64,000 nucleotides of DNA from an uncultured Verrucomicrobiae bacterium. Its GTDB lineage: Bacteria > Verrucomicrobiota > Verrucomicrobiia > Chthoniobacterales > UBA10450. Shown here piece by piece: positions 47,348 to 58,228 of this stretch. Positions within the stretch are counted from its first letter, which is position 1. Each line of letters starts with the position of its first letter. The notes under the pieces were generated by a model. It was given only the letters and a program-made list of their open reading frames with translations. It was not told where the DNA came from and made no database searches. A program made the translations under genes and the position numbers. The stretch lies in assembly GCA_963801815.1 (NCBI GenBank), contig CAWDGJ010000002.1:576001-640000 (forward strand), read 5' to 3'.

Positions 47348-50300
47348 ATGATAATCCCAGCCTCCCTTTCCAAGCTTTCCGAACTTGTTCTTCGCCCGGT
47401 ATTTTGGATCGGCCGGGGCCTCACGAGAGCCTGGTTCGCAATTTTCGGTCGCGTTTCGTGGAGCCCGCCGGATTGGTTCTCCCGAAGCCATTCAGCGTGG
47501 ACCCAGTTCAGTGACACCCGCCCGCGAACAACGGCGTCGGTGTTGATCGCGGTCCTCTTGGTTTGCTGCGGATCGATTTGGACCTGGCATTGGTACCAAG
47601 CTCGCCCTAAACCGCATCGCGTTTCCGCCACGGTCGCGGCAATTCCCGTCACCAAGTTGGACAAAGAACTGCAGTATCCGCCCCTGGTCGTTCGATTCAG
47701 TGATCCAGCCGCGCGATTGGAGGACCTGAAGAAACCTTCGGTCGAAGGGGTTCGACTCGAACCGCAGGTCGCAGGCGCGTGGTCATGGAGCTCAGACAAG
47801 GAGCTAATCTTTCGACCGACGGGGGATTGGCCGGCCGATAGAAAATTTCAAATCATCTTCGATAAGAGATTTTTTCCAACTCAGGTCCTGATGGAGCGCA
47901 TGACTTACGAGGCGCAAACACCTCCGTTTTCCATCGCGATCTCGCAATTGGAACTGTATCAGGACCCAAGTAATCCGAAGCAGCGCCAGGTTACGGCAAC
48001 TTTGGAGCTCACTCACGCAGTCGAACCCGGCGAACTAGATCGACACGTTCAGTTGTTAATGGTCGGCGGCTCGCCGGTGTTCTCGCCGTCGGACCAGCCA
48101 CCTCATTTCACGATCACTTACGGATTGCACCACCGACTGGCCTATTTGCGCAGCTCCAACGTGGCACTCCCGGAGAAAGAGGATTTCATGAAATTGACGG
48201 TGAGCGCCGGCGTGCGAACGACCCAGGGCGGCGCCCAAACTCACGACGGCGGCGAACAAAAAATCCAAATCCCGTCGGTCGCGACGGCCTTTCAGATCAA
48301 TTCGATTGAAGGCAACATTGCCCGGAACAAAAACGGCGAACCCGAGCAGGTCCTTATATTAAGTACGACCGCCGACATCAGCACGAAGGAACTCGCCAAA
48401 GCGGTCAAAATTTGGCTCCTGCCGAAGCGCGAGATAGAAAAATCCGACGACGAAGACACGGAAAGCGCTGATCAAAGCGACAGCGAAACAAGATCGAGCG
48501 ACTCGGAAGAATCTGACGACACCAGTGAGTCGAAAAAAGGCGAAGCAAAATGGGAAAGCGCAACCGACGTTCCCGACGAAATTCTCGAGCAAGCCAAGCC
48601 GGTCCAGTTCACGACGCTCCCATCGGAGAAGGCGCAAGATCGACAACATGCTTTTCGGGTCCGCGTTGAAACCGAGGGTGAGCTTTATGTGCGCGTCGCC
48701 AAAGGCGTCAAGGCATTCGGCGACTATCCGCTGGTCGAAGATTACAACGCCGTCGTGTCCGTCCCCGAGCTTCCACGCGAAGTGCAAATCGAAAGTCAGG
48801 GCGGCCTGCTGGCGCTCAGTGGCGAGCGAAAACTATCCATCAGGTCGCGCGGCCTGAATGCAATCGAGTACGAGATCGCGCGCGTCGCCACGACGCAGAT
48901 CAATCATCTCGTCAGCCAGACCGAAGGCAAATTCGAGGACCCGGAATTCAAAAATCCGAGCCTGTTTAACCAGGAAAACATTTCGCGAATCGCAATTCAG
49001 CATCAACCAATCGCGCTCGAGAACAAATGGAAGGCAAACTATTCCGCGTTCGATTTTGCCGAACAACTCAAGAAACCCGCTGACGGCGGCAGCGAGCGCG
49101 GCCTTTTCTTTTTGACCGCGCGCGGTTGGGACCCTGAAAAAAAGAAGCCGATTAGCGGAATCACTGACAACCGGTTCTTACTCATTACCGACATCGGCAT
49201 CCTGACAAAAAAAAGCGTCAATGGCGGCAGCGACGTCTTTTTAGTTTCGATTAAAACCGGCAAACCAATTGCCGACGCAACGGTTGAGATCCTGGGGAAG
49301 AACGGCATTCCGGTTCAAACCGCGAAAACGGCGCCAGACGGACATTGCGCGTTTGCGTCGGTGGAGAAATCGGAGCGCGAGAAAGCACCGGTCGCGTTCG
49401 TCGCCCGCAACGGTGACGATATCGCATTCATGCCCTTCGCGAGCGAGGACCGTGTCCTGAATTTTTCACGGTTCGATATTGAAGGCGCGGAGAACATCGG
49501 AGCGGAAGGTCTCGACGCCTTCGTTTTCACGGAGCGCGGCGTTTATCGACCGGGCGACGAGATTCACGCTGGAATGATCGTCAAACAGCGCAACTGGCAG
49601 GGAAATCTCAAAGGTCTCCCGGTTGAAACCGAAGTGGTCGACGCTCGAGACCTGAAAGTGCAGACCAAAAAAATCACCCTGCCCGACAGTGGGTTCGCTG
49701 AGCTGAACTATCTGACCGCGAACGAGTCCCCTACCGGCACCTACACGTTCAATGTTTACCTGATCAAAAACAACAGACGGGACACCCTGCTCGGATCGAC
49801 AACCGCGAGCGTAAAGGAGTTCCTGCCTGACCGGATGAAAATCGAAGCGCGGCTATCCCAAGCTGCGCCAAAAGGCTGGATCAGTCCGACTGACGTGCAT
49901 GCTGCGATCACGCTGGCCAATCTTTACGGCACACCGGCGAGCGACCGCCGCGTGACTGGCAAAGTGGAGCTCGAGCCCGCAGCGTTTTCGTTTTCCGAGT
50001 TCAAAGACTTCACGTTTTTCGATCCACTCATCGATGAAAAGAAATCGCGGAGCGAGCAAACAAGCGATCTCGGCGAACAGAAGACCGACAACGACGGGCA
50101 TGCTGACTTTGATCTGCAGCTCGAACGCTACGCCGATTCCACCTACGCGATGCGCTTCATCGCCGAAGGTTTTGAAGGTGAAGGCGGTCGCAGTGTCACA
50201 AGTTATGTCAGCGCGCTTGTGTCCGCATTGCCGTACGTGATCGGCTACAAAGCTGATGGCGATCTTCGTTACATCGACATGAACAAACCGCGAGCGGTCG

Positions 50301-53224
50301 ATCTGATCGCGGTCGACCCGCAGTTGAACCGCATCGCGGTCGAAAACGTTACGCTCAACGTAATCGCGCAGGAATATGTTTCCGTTCTCAAAAAACGAGA
50401 GAACGGAAATTACGGTTACGAGTCGGTCCTGCGCGAACGGCCTGTGAAATCGGAAAAGATTGCTGTCGCGGCCGGAGGATTTCATTACCCGCTCTCAACT
50501 AACGACCCAGGCGACTACGTTCTCGAATTGCGTGACGACAAGAATCGCGTGGTGAGCAAACTGAGGTTCTCAGTCGTTGGCCAGGGCCAGATTGCCCGAT
50601 CGCTCGAAAAGAACGCAGAGCTGCAAATCAAGCTCGACCGCAAGCAATACAATCCTGGCGAAGATATCGCGATCAGCATCATCGCGCCTTACGGGGGCAG
50701 CGGTCTGATCACGATCGAGCGCGAGAAAGTTTACACTTACAGTTGGTTTCAAACCAACACCCCGAGCAGCATTCAGCATATCCGGCTGCCGGAAAATTTC
50801 GAAGGCAGCGGTTATATCAACGTCGCGTTCGTGCGCGCGCTCGATTCGAAAGAAATTTTCGTCAGCCCGCTCAGTTATGGCGTTGTTCCATTCACTGCGA
50901 ACGTCGAGAAACGCCGGCTCAAAATCGACATCGATAGCGCGGCCACGGTCAAGCCGGGTGACGCGTTACATATCGGTTACAAAACTGATCGACCGTCCGG
51001 GATCGTTGTTTTCGCGGTCGACCAGGGAATCCTGCAAGTGACCGATTACAAGACGCCGAACCCGCTCGCTTACTTCTTCCGCAAATGCGCGCTCGGGGTT
51101 GAGACTGCGCAGATTGTCGATCTGATCATTCCGGAATTTTCGCTGTTGCGGTCGCTGTCCGCTTACGGCGGCGATGGCGGCGAAGAAAAACGACTGAATC
51201 CATTCAAACGCATAACCGAAAAACCAGTCGTGTTCTGGTCGGGGATTCTCGACGCCGACATGAACCGGCGTGAAGTCGTTTACAACGTTCCCGATTTCTT
51301 TGACGGCACGTTGAAAATCATGGCCGTCGCGGTTTCGAGCGACACAACCGGCTCATCCGAGCGGGACGCGCTGATTCGTGGCCCTTTTGTGATTACGCCG
51401 AGCGTACCGGTCCTGGCTGTCCCAGGAGACGAATTCGAAGCCGGCGTCACCGTGGCCAACAATGTCGAGGGCTCTGGCGCCGACGCCGAGATCGAACTGC
51501 GCGCCGAAACGTCAGCGCAATTGTCTGTGAACGGGCCGGCGACCCAGAAGTTGCAAATCTCTGAGGGCCGCGAAAAGAGCGCTGTATTTCGCTTCCACGT
51601 GAACGACGCGCTTGGCTCTGGCGAAATCAAATTTACCGCAAGCCGAAACGGGACGGAAACAAGGCGACGCGCGACACTCAGTGTCCGCCCCGCCGTCCCC
51701 TTTGTAACCGATGTTCGCAGCGGCAGTTTCAAAAAGGCGAGCGTCGATGTTGCGATCAAGCGCCAGATGTATACCGAACTCGCGAAACGCGAAGCCGCGA
51801 TTTCGGCGACGCCGCTCGGTTTGGCCCACGGCCTTGATGCTTACCTGAAGGCTTTCCCCTTCGGATGCAGCGAGCAAATTACCAGCGGCGCGTTTTGTCG
51901 ACTCGCGTTGGCAAACGAAACAGACTTCGGCCTGAGCCGCGCAGAGGTAAACGCGCAGCTTGAGAGAACGTTCAGTATCCTGCGCCGCCGGCAAAACGCC
52001 CAGGGTGCGTTCGGATACTGGGCGCCAGAGAACGGCGAACACATCAGTTTCAATTCCGCTTACGTCATGGATTTCCTGAGCGAAGCGAAGGCCGCCGGTT
52101 TCCCGCCTCCGACCGAAATGTTCGCGACCGGACTCCGCAGTTTGCAACGAATGGTCGCCAAGCAACCGGAGGATTTGATCGACGCGCGCCGGATTGCCTA
52201 CGCGATTTATGTCCTGACCCGCGAAGGCGTGATTACGACCAACTACATTCTCAATCTTCAGGATTACCTGAATAAGAAACACGCCGAGGAATGGGAAAAC
52301 GACCTAACCGGTGTTTATCTCGCCGGTTCGCTTAAGCTTCTCCACAAAGACAAGGAAGCCGAGGCGTTGATCGACAAGTTCAAGATCGACAACAAAGCCG
52401 AGCGCACCTACGAGGATTTTTGTCAGCCGCTCGGCACAAATTCGCAATACGTGACCGTGCTCGCGCGACAATTCTCCGCGCGGCTCAAAAAGATTTCAGC
52501 GAACCAATTCGAGCAAATCTTGAAGCCGATCGGCGACGGTGAATTCAACACCCTGTCCGCCGCCTACGCCGTCCAGGCGTTGAAAGCGTATTCGCACGTG
52601 ATTGCGCAAAATCCGCCGCAATTGACGATTGCTGAGATCCACGCCGATAAACGCGAAGTCAGCCTGACCAGTGCGGCGAAATTGCTTCAACGTGTTCCGT
52701 TTTCAAAAGACGCGACCGTGCTGCGTTTCAAGAGCACGCCACCAATCACCGGACCGGGCGCGTTTTATCAAGTTGTGGAAGCTGGATACGATCGCCACGC
52801 GCCTGAAAAAGCAATGAGCGAGGGCTTGGAAGTTTTTCGCGAACTGCTCGACAAAGACGACAAACCGGTGACTCGAACAAAACTGGGTGAGCCCATTCAT
52901 GTGCGCGTGCGCATACGCAGCACGAAAAAAGACGAAACCTTTACCAACGTCGCGGTGATCGATCTTCTGCCGGGCGGCTTCGAAGTGGTTGGGTCTTCGT
53001 TACAACCAGGCGTGTCTTCCATCAACGGCGTCGATTACGTCGATGTTCGCGAAGATCGCGCGATCTTCTTCGGCGCCGCAGACGAAAATGTCCTCGAGAT
53101 CAATTATCAGATTAAATCGACCAACCGCGGCGAGTTTGTCGTCCCGCCAGTGTTCGCCGAGTCGATGTACGAGCGAAACATCAAAGGCCGCGGAGTGGGC
53201 GGCAAAATCACCGTAACGGAATGA
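47348..53224 (+). CDS. Bacterial alpha-2-macroglobulin (YfhM-like)
   Basis: 1958 aa; N-terminal TM helix; FTERGVYRPGD, EFLPDRM, thioester motif FGCSEQ, DLLPGGFE, REDR; coupled to pbpC. Confidence 0.93.
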   Translation: MIIPASLSKLSELVLRPVFWIGRGLTRAWFAIFGRVSWSPPDWFSRSHSAWTQFSDTRPRTTASVLIAVLLVCCGSIWTWHWYQARPKPHRVSATVAAIPVTKLDKELQYPPLVVRFSDPAARLEDLKKPSVEGVRLEPQVAGAWSWSSDKELIFRPTGDWPADRKFQIIFDKRFFPTQVLMERMTYEAQTPPFSIAISQLELYQDPSNPKQRQVTATLELTHAVEPGELDRHVQLLMVGGSPVFSPSDQPPHFTITYGLHHRLAYLRSSNVALPEKEDFMKLTVSAGVRTTQGGAQTHDGGEQKIQIPSVATAFQINSIEGNIARNKNGEPEQVLILSTTADISTKELAKAVKIWLLPKREIEKSDDEDTESADQSDSETRSSDSEESDDTSESKKGEAKWESATDVPDEILEQAKPVQFTTLPSEKAQDRQHAFRVRVETEGELYVRVAKGVKAFGDYPLVEDYNAVVSVPELPREVQIESQGGLLALSGERKLSIRSRGLNAIEYEIARVATTQINHLVSQTEGKFEDPEFKNPSLFNQENISRIAIQHQPIALENKWKANYSAFDFAEQLKKPADGGSERGLFFLTARGWDPEKKKPISGITDNRFLLITDIGILTKKSVNGGSDVFLVSIKTGKPIADATVEILGKNGIPVQTAKTAPDGHCAFASVEKSEREKAPVAFVARNGDDIAFMPFASEDRVLNFSRFDIEGAENIGAEGLDAFVFTERGVYRPGDEIHAGMIVKQRNWQGNLKGLPVETEVVDARDLKVQTKKITLPDSGFAELNYLTANESPTGTYTFNVYLIKNNRRDTLLGSTTASVKEFLPDRMKIEARLSQAAPKGWISPTDVHAAITLANLYGTPASDRRVTGKVELEPAAFSFSEFKDFTFFDPLIDEKKSRSEQTSDLGEQKTDNDGHADFDLQLERYADSTYAMRFIAEGFEGEGGRSVTSYVSALVSALPYVIGYKADGDLRYIDMNKPRAVDLIAVDPQLNRIAVENVTLNVIAQEYVSVLKKRENGNYGYESVLRERPVKSEKIAVAAGGFHYPLSTNDPGDYVLELRDDKNRVVSKLRFSVVGQGQIARSLEKNAELQIKLDRKQYNPGEDIAISIIAPYGGSGLITIEREKVYTYSWFQTNTPSSIQHIRLPENFEGSGYINVAFVRALDSKEIFVSPLSYGVVPFTANVEKRRLKIDIDSAATVKPGDALHIGYKTDRPSGIVVFAVDQGILQVTDYKTPNPLAYFFRKCALGVETAQIVDLIIPEFSLLRSLSAYGGDGGEEKRLNPFKRITEKPVVFWSGILDADMNRREVVYNVPDFFDGTLKIMAVAVSSDTTGSSERDALIRGPFVITPSVPVLAVPGDEFEAGVTVANNVEGSGADAEIELRAETSAQLSVNGPATQKLQISEGREKSAVFRFHVNDALGSGEIKFTASRNGTETRRRATLSVRPAVPFVTDVRSGSFKKASVDVAIKRQMYTELAKREAAISATPLGLAHGLDAYLKAFPFGCSEQITSGAFCRLALANETDFGLSRAEVNAQLERTFSILRRRQNAQGAFGYWAPENGEHISFNSAYVMDFLSEAKAAGFPPPTEMFATGLRSLQRMVAKQPEDLIDARRIAYAIYVLTREGVITTNYILNLQDYLNKKHAEEWENDLTGVYLAGSLKLLHKDKEAEALIDKFKIDNKAERTYEDFCQPLGTNSQYVTVLARQFSARLKKISANQFEQILKPIGDGEFNTLSAAYAVQALKAYSHVIAQNPPQLTIAEIHADKREVSLTSAAKLLQRVPFSKDATVLRFKSTPPITGPGAFYQVVEAGYDRHAPEKAMSEGLEVFRELLDKDDKPVTRTKLGEPIHVRVRIRSTKKDETFTNVAVIDLLPGGFEVVGSSLQPGVSSINGVDYVDVREDRAIFFGAADENVLEINYQIKSTNRGEFVVPPVFAESMYERNIKGRGVGGKITVTE

Positions 53225-55707
53225 AAGCGAGGCAAGAATCTTCTGGGGAGCGCAGGCGCCTCGCCTGCTGGCGGTCGCGCCCTCGCGACCGCGAACTTTT
53301 CCAGGGTGAAACTTTTCGGCGAGGCGCCGAAAAGAGCACGCGGGGGCGCGTGCGCTCCCCAGAAATCCGCGTTTCGCGGGTGAGATCCCTCGCGTTGCTC
53401 GGGATGACGATGTGGTCGATTTGGCTATTCTTGCCGAAGCCGCCGTTACTCGACGGCATTTCCTTTTCGCAATGCGTGCGTGATCGCAACGGTGAATTAC
53501 TGCGCGTGACCTTAACGCCAGACCAGAAGTTTCGGATTCGGACGTCGCTTTCCGATATTTCGCCTGAGCTAATCGACGCGACGCTGCGCTACGAAGACAA
53601 GTACTTTGCGCGACATCCCGGAGTGAACCCGATCGCACTCGCTCGCGCCGGATTCGGGTTTCTTCGCGGCGGCGCGCGGACTGGCGCTTCCACCATCACG
53701 ATGCAAGTAGCGCGTCTGCGGTTTCACCTGCAAACGCGAACGCCGATTGGAAAACTGCGGCAAATCACTCGCGCGCTCGAACTGGAGCGGCATTATTCGA
53801 AAGCTCAGATCCTGGAGGCTTACCTGAACCTGGCGCCTTATGGACGCAACATTGAAGGCATCGGTGCGGCCAGTCAGATTTACTTCGCCAAAAGCGCGGC
53901 GCACCTGACGCGACCCGAATCAATTTCACTGAGCGTCATCCCGCAAAGTCCGACCCGCCGCGCGTTGTACGTGAATCGCGAAAATCGTTCCCTCAATGCC
54001 GCCCAGGAAAATTGGTACGATCGCGCCGGACTCGATAACCAATCGCCCGCGCGAGAATTCAGCGCGCGCGCGGAAGCCGAACGTGCGTTCCTTGCGCCGC
54101 ACTTTGTCCAACAAGTAATGGAAATGGCAGGGCCGGCGCGCGGCGCCGACCGGACATTGCACCGCGATGTCCCTACCTCAATCACCACAACGCTTGATTT
54201 GCAAAAACAGCAACTGATCGAGCGAAGAATCTCCGATTACATCCGCGCAAATCGCAATCACGGGTTTCAAAACGCCGCTGCCATGCTGATTGACGTCCGA
54301 AGCATGGACGTGCTCGCGCAAGTGGGTTCTGCGGATTTCTTCAACGTCGAAATTCAGGGACAAGTTGATGGAACACGCAGTCCGCGTTCACCCGGTTCGA
54401 CTTTGAAGCCATTCGTTTACGCGCTCGCGATCGACCAGGGCCTCATACATCCGTTATCGATCCTGCCAGACGCGCCGCGGAGTTTCGGGGATTACAATCC
54501 CGAAGATTTCGATCGCGATTTTTTCGGGCCGATTCGCGCGTGCGATGCTCTGGCGCGAAGCCGGAACCTTCCGGCGGTCGTACTGGCGTCGGAGTTGGCG
54601 AGCCCAACCTTGTATGAATTTCTGCGCGGCGCCGGAGTCTCGCTGCCGCGCTCGGAACCACTTTATGGTCTCGCGCTTCCGCTGGGTGGCGCAGAGATAA
54701 AAATGGAAGATCTCGTCCGGTTGTACGCCGCACTCGCTCACAACGGCGAGCTTCGTCCGCTTCGCCGCATTCTCAGCCAGCCGGCTTCTGCAAACTTGAC
54801 TGGTTTAACCAGTCAAGTTTCAAGAAAGCGCATTATTTCGCCCGAAGCCGCGTTCTTGACGCTAGAAATGCTCAATGTCCCACGTCCGGAAATTGGTTAC
54901 GTGGACTCGAGCAATGTCGCTCCAGTGTTTTGGAAAACCGGCACGTCAAACGGTTTTCACGACGCATGGTCGGTCGCGGTTTTCAATCATTACGTGCTTG
55001 CGGTTTGGATTGGAAATTTTGATGGCAAATCAAATCCGGCACTCATTGGCCGGTCGGCCGCGGCGCCACTTCTTTTTCAAATCATCGACGCTCTTCGCGC
55101 CAGCTGGCCGGAACCGGTTGAGCCGCATCTTCCCCCGCCGAATGCAAATTTGAAACGAGTGGAATTCTGCGCGGTGTCCGGAGATTTGCCGGGCCCACAT
55201 TGCACCCAGCGAATCGAAGGCTGGTTCATTCCCGGAATTTCGCCGATCAAGACGTGCGATGTGCATCAGGAGGTTCTGGTGGACGTCGCGACTGGTCTGC
55301 GGGTCCCGGTCGATGACGGAACTCGAATTCTCCGGCACGAAGTTTACGAATTCTGGCCCAGCGACTTGCTGACCCTTTTCGAGCGCGCCGGTCTGCCGCG
55401 ACGCTCGCCGCCGCCTTTCCTGCCCGGAACCGAATCGGAATTCGCTGCTCGAAGTGGAAATCCACCGAAGATTATTTCTCCTTCCGACGGCGGCGCGGTT
55501 CTGATGGCAACTTCGGGTGAGATCCCGTTGCGGGCAAAGAGCGACGCGGACGTGCGCGAGATTTACTGGTTCGCCGACAAGACGTTTATCGGAAAATCGC
55601 GGCCGGCAGAAATGCTGAGCTGGAAATCATCGTCGCCGGGCAGTTATCAATTGATCGCGCTCGACGATCACGGCCGGTCGGGTTCCTGCCGCGTTGAGGT
55701 TCGTTGA
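53221..55707 (+). CDS. pbpC: Penicillin-binding protein 1C
   Basis: EDKYF..HPGVNP, GASTITMQVAR, YLNLAPYG, SxxK in GSTLKP, SRN, KTGTS; follows alpha-2-macroglobulin with ATGA overlap. Confidence 0.93.
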   Translation: MKARQESSGERRRLACWRSRPRDRELFQGETFRRGAEKSTRGRVRSPEIRVSRVRSLALLGMTMWSIWLFLPKPPLLDGISFSQCVRDRNGELLRVTLTPDQKFRIRTSLSDISPELIDATLRYEDKYFARHPGVNPIALARAGFGFLRGGARTGASTITMQVARLRFHLQTRTPIGKLRQITRALELERHYSKAQILEAYLNLAPYGRNIEGIGAASQIYFAKSAAHLTRPESISLSVIPQSPTRRALYVNRENRSLNAAQENWYDRAGLDNQSPAREFSARAEAERAFLAPHFVQQVMEMAGPARGADRTLHRDVPTSITTTLDLQKQQLIERRISDYIRANRNHGFQNAAAMLIDVRSMDVLAQVGSADFFNVEIQGQVDGTRSPRSPGSTLKPFVYALAIDQGLIHPLSILPDAPRSFGDYNPEDFDRDFFGPIRACDALARSRNLPAVVLASELASPTLYEFLRGAGVSLPRSEPLYGLALPLGGAEIKMEDLVRLYAALAHNGELRPLRRILSQPASANLTGLTSQVSRKRIISPEAAFLTLEMLNVPRPEIGYVDSSNVAPVFWKTGTSNGFHDAWSVAVFNHYVLAVWIGNFDGKSNPALIGRSAAAPLLFQIIDALRASWPEPVEPHLPPPNANLKRVEFCAVSGDLPGPHCTQRIEGWFIPGISPIKTCDVHQEVLVDVATGLRVPVDDGTRILRHEVYEFWPSDLLTLFERAGLPRRSPPPFLPGTESEFAARSGNPPKIISPSDGGAVLMATSGEIPLRAKSDADVREIYWFADKTFIGKSRPAEMLSWKSSSPGSYQLIALDDHGRSGSCRVEVR
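53241..53364. repeat. REP-like element (GGGGAGCGCA family) in frame within the 5' end of pbpC
   Basis: Terminal inverted repeats TTCTGGGGAGCGCA...TGCGCTCCCCAGAA; internal hairpins GCGGTCGCG/CGCGACCGC and CTTTTCGGCG/CGCCGAAAAG. Confidence 0.85.
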
Positions 55708-55753
55708 CACCCGTGCGATTGCGACGGCTGGCGACTGCCGCTACAGGTAAAAT

Positions 55754-57754
55754 GTGTCCCGTCAATACACCCTCCATCGTCCTGCCAGATCGACATCGAT
55801 CCACATCGATTACGCAGCGGAGCTTAACGAACAACAGCTTGCAGCGGTCACGGCGCCGCCCGGGCCGCAGCTGATAATCGCCGGAGCCGGTTCGGGCAAA
55901 ACCCGGACACTGACATATCGCGTGGCTTACCTGCTCGAAAACGGGATCGATCCGCGAAACATTTTATTGCTCACGTTCACGAACAAAGCCGCCCGGCAAA
56001 TGCTCGAGCGGGTCGCGAACCTCCTGCCTATCGACGCAAGCGGGATCTGGGGCGGAACGTTTCACTCGGTTGGCAATCGAATCTTGCGACGGCACGGCAG
56101 CGCGATCGGCTACAACAGCGGTTTTACGATCATGGACCGCGAGGACCAAAAAGACCTGATCAACACGGTGGTCGCGAGCGCGGGAATCGATCCAAAAGAG
56201 ATCCGGTTTCCTAAAGGCGATGTGCTCGCGGAAATTTTCAGTTTCGTCATCAACACCGAGACACCGATGGGCGAACTGCTTGCGGAAAAGTTTCCGTATT
56301 TCCTGCCGCTGCTGGAGAGAATCCAAGACGTTCAGGAACGCTACGAGAGGAAAAAGAAAGCGACCAACTCCATCGATTTCGACGATTTGCTCCAAAAGAC
56401 ATTATCGATGCTACAGCACCACGAAAGCATCGCGCAGTTTTATCGCCGGCAATTCCAATTCATTCTCGTCGATGAGTATCAGGACACGAACAAGATCCAG
56501 GCGGATTTGATCGATTTACTCGCCCAGGAGCATCGCAACGTCATGGTTGTCGGCGACGATGCGCAGTCGATCTATTCCTGGCGCGGCGCGAACTTCCAAA
56601 ACATTCTCGAATTCCCAAAACGTTACCCGGACGCGCAGGTCTTTAAAATCGAGATGAATTACCGGAGCGTCCCGGAGATCCTCGACGTGGCGAACGCTGC
56701 GATTGCTACAAATGTCGATCAATTCAAAAAAAACCTCCAGCCGGTCCGTGAATCGAATTCGGTAAAACCGGCGGTCGTCGCGTTGAATGACGGCAGCGAA
56801 CAGGCTCAGTTTGTGGCCCAACGAATCCTCGAATTGCGCGATGAGAATGTCGAACTCAACGAGATCGCAGTGTTATATCGCGCGCATTTTCACGCGCTGG
56901 AGTTGCAGTTGGAGCTGTCACGGCGCGGAATTCCCTATCAGATCACGAGTGGCATCCGGTTTTTTGAACAGGCCCACATCAAAGACGTGATCTCGTTTTT
57001 GCGACTGGTGTCGAATCCGCGCGATGAAGTTGCATTTAAGCGTATGGCCAAACTGTTTCCGGGCATCGGTAACCGCAGCGCAGACAATCTTTGGAACGCC
57101 TGGGAAAAGTCACTCAATGAAAAAGGCGAAGTCACTTCATGGAGCGAGCGACTGTTGCCGATGAATGTGAGCACAAAATCGAAAAAACACTGGGTCCAGC
57201 TCGCCCATACGCTCGACGAAATGGCACCGCGGGGTCAGCCGAATCCGCCCTCCGAAATGATCACGTCGGTGGTTGAAGCGATCTATGATGACTACGCGAA
57301 GGTCAACTTCACAAATTACGAGCTGCGAAAGGAAGACCTGAATCAACTCGCGGCATTCGCGCGACAATTCAAAGACCTTAACGAATTTCTCTCCCAACTC
57401 GCGTTGATCAGCAACGTCGACACGGAGGCGGCGCCAAACCAGACCGCCGACCGGGAAGCGGTAAATCTCTCCACGGTTCATCAGGCCAAGGGCCTTGAAT
57501 TTCACACTGTGTTCGTAATCTGGCTGACTGACGGAATGTTCCCCAGCAGCCGATCAATGGATGAGCGCAAAGATTTGGAAGAAGAACGCCGCTTGTTTTA
57601 TGTGGCGATCACGCGAGCGAAGGACGAACTCTACCTGACCTACCCCCATATGCGTTTGAGCGGTGGTTACGGTGACGTCTTCCAACGGCCATCGCGATTT
57701 CTCAAAGAAATTTCAAACAAACTCGTCGAGGACTGGGACGTCAAAAGAGGCTGA
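55754..57754 (+). CDS. UvrD/PcrA/Rep superfamily 1 helicase
   Basis: AGAGSGKT, TFTNKAA, VDEYQDTN, VGDDAQSIYSWRGA, NYRS, TVHQAKGLEF, EERRLFYVAITRA. Confidence 0.95.
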   Translation: MSRQYTLHRPARSTSIHIDYAAELNEQQLAAVTAPPGPQLIIAGAGSGKTRTLTYRVAYLLENGIDPRNILLLTFTNKAARQMLERVANLLPIDASGIWGGTFHSVGNRILRRHGSAIGYNSGFTIMDREDQKDLINTVVASAGIDPKEIRFPKGDVLAEIFSFVINTETPMGELLAEKFPYFLPLLERIQDVQERYERKKKATNSIDFDDLLQKTLSMLQHHESIAQFYRRQFQFILVDEYQDTNKIQADLIDLLAQEHRNVMVVGDDAQSIYSWRGANFQNILEFPKRYPDAQVFKIEMNYRSVPEILDVANAAIATNVDQFKKNLQPVRESNSVKPAVVALNDGSEQAQFVAQRILELRDENVELNEIAVLYRAHFHALELQLELSRRGIPYQITSGIRFFEQAHIKDVISFLRLVSNPRDEVAFKRMAKLFPGIGNRSADNLWNAWEKSLNEKGEVTSWSERLLPMNVSTKSKKHWVQLAHTLDEMAPRGQPNPPSEMITSVVEAIYDDYAKVNFTNYELRKEDLNQLAAFARQFKDLNEFLSQLALISNVDTEAAPNQTADREAVNLSTVHQAKGLEFHTVFVIWLTDGMFPSSRSMDERKDLEEERRLFYVAITRAKDELYLTYPHMRLSGGYGDVFQRPSRFLKEISNKLVEDWDVKRG

Positions 57755-57759
57755 TTATA

Positions 57760-57788
57760 GCCACGGATGAACACAGATTTGCACAGAT
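57760..57788 (+). repeat. Left repeat flanking the GxxExxY gene (three CACRGAT units)
   Basis: GCCACGGATGAACACAGATTTGCACAGAT, ending 2 nt before ATG 57791. Confidence 0.8.
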
Positions 57789-57790
57789 AG

Positions 57791-58186
57791 ATGTTAACGA
57801 TCGGGCAAGAGGCTGAAGAACACTTTCCACACAAGGAGATTACCGAATCCATTATCGGAGCTGCCTTCGAAGTTCACAATGAGCTCGGCTATGGATTCCT
57901 CGAGCGTGTTTATCAAAGTGCCTTGCAGGTGGAATTGCTTCGACGTCGAAGAAGCGCCGAAATCGAGAAGCGCATCCAAGTTCAATATAAAGGCGTGGTC
58001 GTTGGCGACTACGAGGCTGACTTGATTGTCGACAATTGTGTAGCTGTCGAAATAAAGATTTCCCCGCAATATGACAAACGTGATGAGGCTCAGCTTCTTA
58101 ATGAGCTGAAAGCAACCGGCCTGAAGGTAGGCGTGCTGGTGAATTTTGGTCGAACGAAAGTCGAGTTCAAGCGTCTCGTCTTCTGA
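57791..58186 (+). CDS. GxxExxY protein (PD-(D/E)XK nuclease-like)
   Basis: IIGAAFEVHNELGYGFLERVYQ, ADLIV...VEIK, AQLLN.LKAT, G.LVNFG. Confidence 0.92.
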   Translation: MLTIGQEAEEHFPHKEITESIIGAAFEVHNELGYGFLERVYQSALQVELLRRRRSAEIEKRIQVQYKGVVVGDYEADLIVDNCVAVEIKISPQYDKRDEAQLLNELKATGLKVGVLVNFGRTKVEFKRLVF

Positions 58187-58216
58187 ATCTGTGTTTCATC
58201 TGTGAAAATCTGTGGC
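58187..58216 (-). repeat. Right repeat flanking the GxxExxY gene (inverted; three ATCTGTG units)
   Basis: ATCTGTGTTTCATCTGTGAAAATCTGTGGC directly after the stop codon. Confidence 0.8.
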
Positions 58217-58228
58217 TGAAAGGGATTG

